From contig CATNEN010000031.1 of the NCBI GenBank assembly GCA_950097015.1, forward strand, positions 62,001 through 126,000: 64,000 nt of DNA, written 5' to 3'. Both the position numbers and the translations under genes were made by a program. The notes beneath the pieces were generated by a model. The model saw nothing but the letters and a program-made list of their open reading frames with translations. It was not told the DNA's origin and searched no databases. Origin of the DNA: Macrostomum hystrix (Eukaryota; Animalia; Platyhelminthes). Below are positions 60,969-64,000 of the stretch, piece by piece (position 1 is the first letter of the stretch; every line of letters begins with the position of its first letter).

Positions 60969-62320
60969 CGCCTAGGCCTACCTACTCCTTTAAAATGGTA
61001 TCTAGGCTTATAAGGCCCAATTATTAAAGCCAAAGGACGCCTGTTAGGCCGAAGCAAAAGATTATAATGTTTTAGTAAGAATGACATGCTTACAACAGAA
61101 TGATTAATAAAATATACAATTTCAGTTTCATTTTCAGTACAAAATGGACCTACACATAATAGCAGTTATGGACGACACAGAATCTTTGTCGCTTTTCGAG
61201 AAAACTGGTTTTAGGACTGTGAAAACGCAATTAATTGTTTAAATGTTTTAACAACTTTTTAGCGCGACAAGATTGTGAGTAATTGAATGTGATTCAAAAG
61301 GAAGTTACCATAATCATATTTCATGTAGGCCTATTAGAGGTTGAAGAGAAAGAAGCAAGCGACTCTTAGGCCCCTTTTTAAAGGTAAGGTAGGTAGGTTG
61401 GCTCAGGCAGCCTGTTTTGCCAATGTTATTCATTTTATGTTTATTTGGATCTCAAGTTTGGAAAAGTTTTCGAAAGGTATAGGCTAGGCCTATATAAGGC
61501 GTGTATCACTGGAATGACAAGACGAAATTTAAAACAGCGCGAAAAATATGTACGTTGCAAACGTCAACATTGCATTATTAAACTTGCGGCGGAATAACAT
61601 CTTTAAAAGAAGTCAAGCCTAAGCCTAGTCTTAGTTTCTCGCTCGTTATCAGTCCCGACTATTTAGTTGTACCTGATCTAAGAATGAGCGTGAGTTAAAA
61701 ACAGCTTTAATGTGTGGAAGTGTGGCATCGCATGCTTCCGTCCATATCAGCATATATCTCTAGCCACACTAGCAAATTAGAGCAGCAAAGAATAGCTCTT
61801 TCCCGAAAAGCTTCTTACAAAGAAGTTTAGAGGACAATTGAATTCGTGAAAAATTAGTAACTTTCGAAAAAATTGCTGGCTGTTATGATTTTAACATCCA
61901 TGTAATGTAACAGCTGTGACCTCACAAGTCTACCACCTAGCGGGCCCTTACCAACCTATAGATACCTATGATACGAACTTCGATCTAAATGCAGAATTGT
62001 AACATACACCAGAAAATTATATCTAGCAGATTCGCCTAGACATAATACGAGCTACTAGAAGTTAACTCGAAAAAAATCGAGCTAGGCTTTCCCACTGGGC
62101 TGCTCTAAACCATGGATGAATAATATAACTGGATCGCCAGAAGCTCGATTTTTTTGGTCCTAGCCATAGACAAGCACCAGCATCACAAGAAGCTCAGAAT
62201 GCCGTACTTTCACACATAGACAAATTGCCGCTGCAGAAACCTTTATTTATGAAATATTCCATTTTATGTCCAAGCACATGCTCGCAATATATGCAGGGCG
62301 GCAAAAGATGGCTTCGCGAG

Positions 62321-64000
62321 ATGAATAAGGACGTCAGAATTTGTGCTGCAATCGGATGCCTATCCAAAAGTGGACAAGGCACGAAACCTGTCACCCTTTT
62401 TTCTTATCCAATCGGTGATCCGTATCGACTAGCGCAGTGGAACAGCAATGTGCAAGCAAAGCCACATTTCAAATTCGGAGCTCGTAAGTTCCTTTGTGAG
62501 CTGCACTTCGAGCAGCGAGACATGCAGGCTCATGGGAGGAGCAAGCGACTGATGACTGGCGCAGTTCCGAAGCTTGAGTGGACTAAGCTTGAACCGCAAG
62601 AGCTCACTGACTTCCACGATCCAAACTCTTATGCAAACGAAGCTACTGGAGACTGTGAGTTTGAGATGCCGATGCCTGTCAGTTGCAGCGCGGCAACCAC
62701 ACGCACATCAGTCGACCCACCACCAAACACCCGACAGCGCCTGTTGATGCGGCTGAAGCACAAGAAGCGCACGATTAAGACTTTTGGTCCACGCGTTGCA
62801 AAATGGAAAAGTACCGAAGCGACCTTAAAACATGTAAAGCAAATGTTGACTTCTGAAGGTCTCAAGCTGTTTTCTTTACAACCACGAAATACCGCAGGTG
62901 GTTTCAATAACCACGTCAAAGACTTCGCCGAGAGGATCAACTTCTGCTCTCCAAAAGCATATCGAGAGTTGAGAAAATTCATGCACCTCCCTTCGCCGTC
63001 AACCTTGCGGTCTTGGATTGGAGCAGTGGATGGCAGGCCTGGCATTTCCATTGCTGGAGTCAAGAAGGTTGGAGCCCTATCGAAACAGATCTTCGATGGC
63101 GTCGCTTGCAACGACTGGACTCTAGTCATTGATGGCATGCATCTTCGAAAGGAGTTGTGTTGGGAAGCTAGCGAAGGAAGAGTGGTCGGCTATTGTGACT
63201 CAGGGATCCATGAAAATTTAGGTCACAAACTTGCTTCTGAGGCAATCGTTGTCATGGCCTGCCATCTTCAGCGCCCGTGGAAAGTGCCAGTTGCCTACAT
63301 TTTGGCCGCTGCAACATCCCCGGTTCAACAAGTGGAGCTTTTGACGCGTACTATTAGCGCAATGAACGATGAGGGCGTCGTTGTACGCGCGCTCGTGTCG
63401 GACGGTTGCTCTGCGAACCTTGCGACGTACAGGAAACTTGGAGCTGAGCTGCCGTCTAGTCCTTATTTCCAAATCGGTTCGCAACCAGATCGCATATTCG
63501 CATTCATTGACAACAGTCATTTGATAAAGTTGGTGCGCAATTCGCTGGCCGATTTGGGAGTATTCGTTGTTCACGATCGCATCATCAACTGGCACTATCT
63601 GGAACTATTGCACAATCTGCAAGAAGCTGAGGGGGTTCGAATCGGAAATCGGCTGACAAAGAAATGCATTGAATTGTGGCAGCGACACAAGATGAAGGTC
63701 TGCTTGGCTGCACAGACAATCAGTTCGTCCGTCGCTGACGCTCTCACATTCCTAAAGGAGCTTGGAGTTTCGGATTTCCAAAATTGTGATGAAACGGTCC
63801 GCTTTATTGCATTGATGGACCATCTGTTCGACATCTTCAACTCGAGGTGAGCCGGTATATTAAACCAAAATAGCATAAAGACGCGCAATCATGGCCTTTA
63901 AATTTGCATCCGTTTTTTGCAGGACTCCGTCGGCGTCAGGCTGGAAAGGTCCCATTTGGAAGTCGCAAGCAAGCCTTTCGACCACATTCGCGTTTCTCGA
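62321..64000 (+). CDS. THAP-domain P-element transposase (THAP9-like), runs off the window; intron 63847-63922
   Basis: THAP CAAIGC..FSYP..W..LCELHF; CSPKAYRELR..LPSPSTLRSW; LVIDGMHL; LVSDGCSAN; DNSHLIKLVRN; KMKVCLAAQ; FDIFNSR|TPSASGWKGP. No stops or frameshifts seen. Confidence 0.9.

Noticed and set aside
62040-62225. CATAGAC motifs as the 5' end of the second P-element
   Set aside because: The partner TIR and TSD lie outside the window, so this cannot be verified.

Overview
Eukaryotic, intron-containing invertebrate genomic DNA. Gene content and the signs of trans-splicing fit a free-living flatworm such as Macrostomum, but that is inference. There is one plus-strand host gene, COG8 (3 exons, acidic 33-bp repeat tail). 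On the minus strand lie five co-oriented genes: PSMC1, GPN1, a KLHL2/3-type kelch gene, a secreted multi-Ig/LDLa perlecan-like mosaic gene, and a DM9 (DUF3421) gene. The rest is dominated by mobile DNA: a Penelope-like remnant, a 3-kb purine-strand satellite, two non-autonomous Helitron families (one carrying satellite arrays), a solo LTR, decayed Gypsy elements, Tc1/mariner remnants, two P/THAP elements, a Crypton-type tyrosine recombinase pseudogene, a CORE-like SINE, an RTE-like LINE, a Merlin remnant and several MITEs with readable TSDs. Most notable: a candidate SL trans-spliced operon in which PSMC1 has no adjacent ATG; three perfect heat-shock elements upstream of a mariner remnant; and a nested P/Crypton block bounded by 47-bp direct repeats inside a COG8 intron. 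All coordinates were read by eye.
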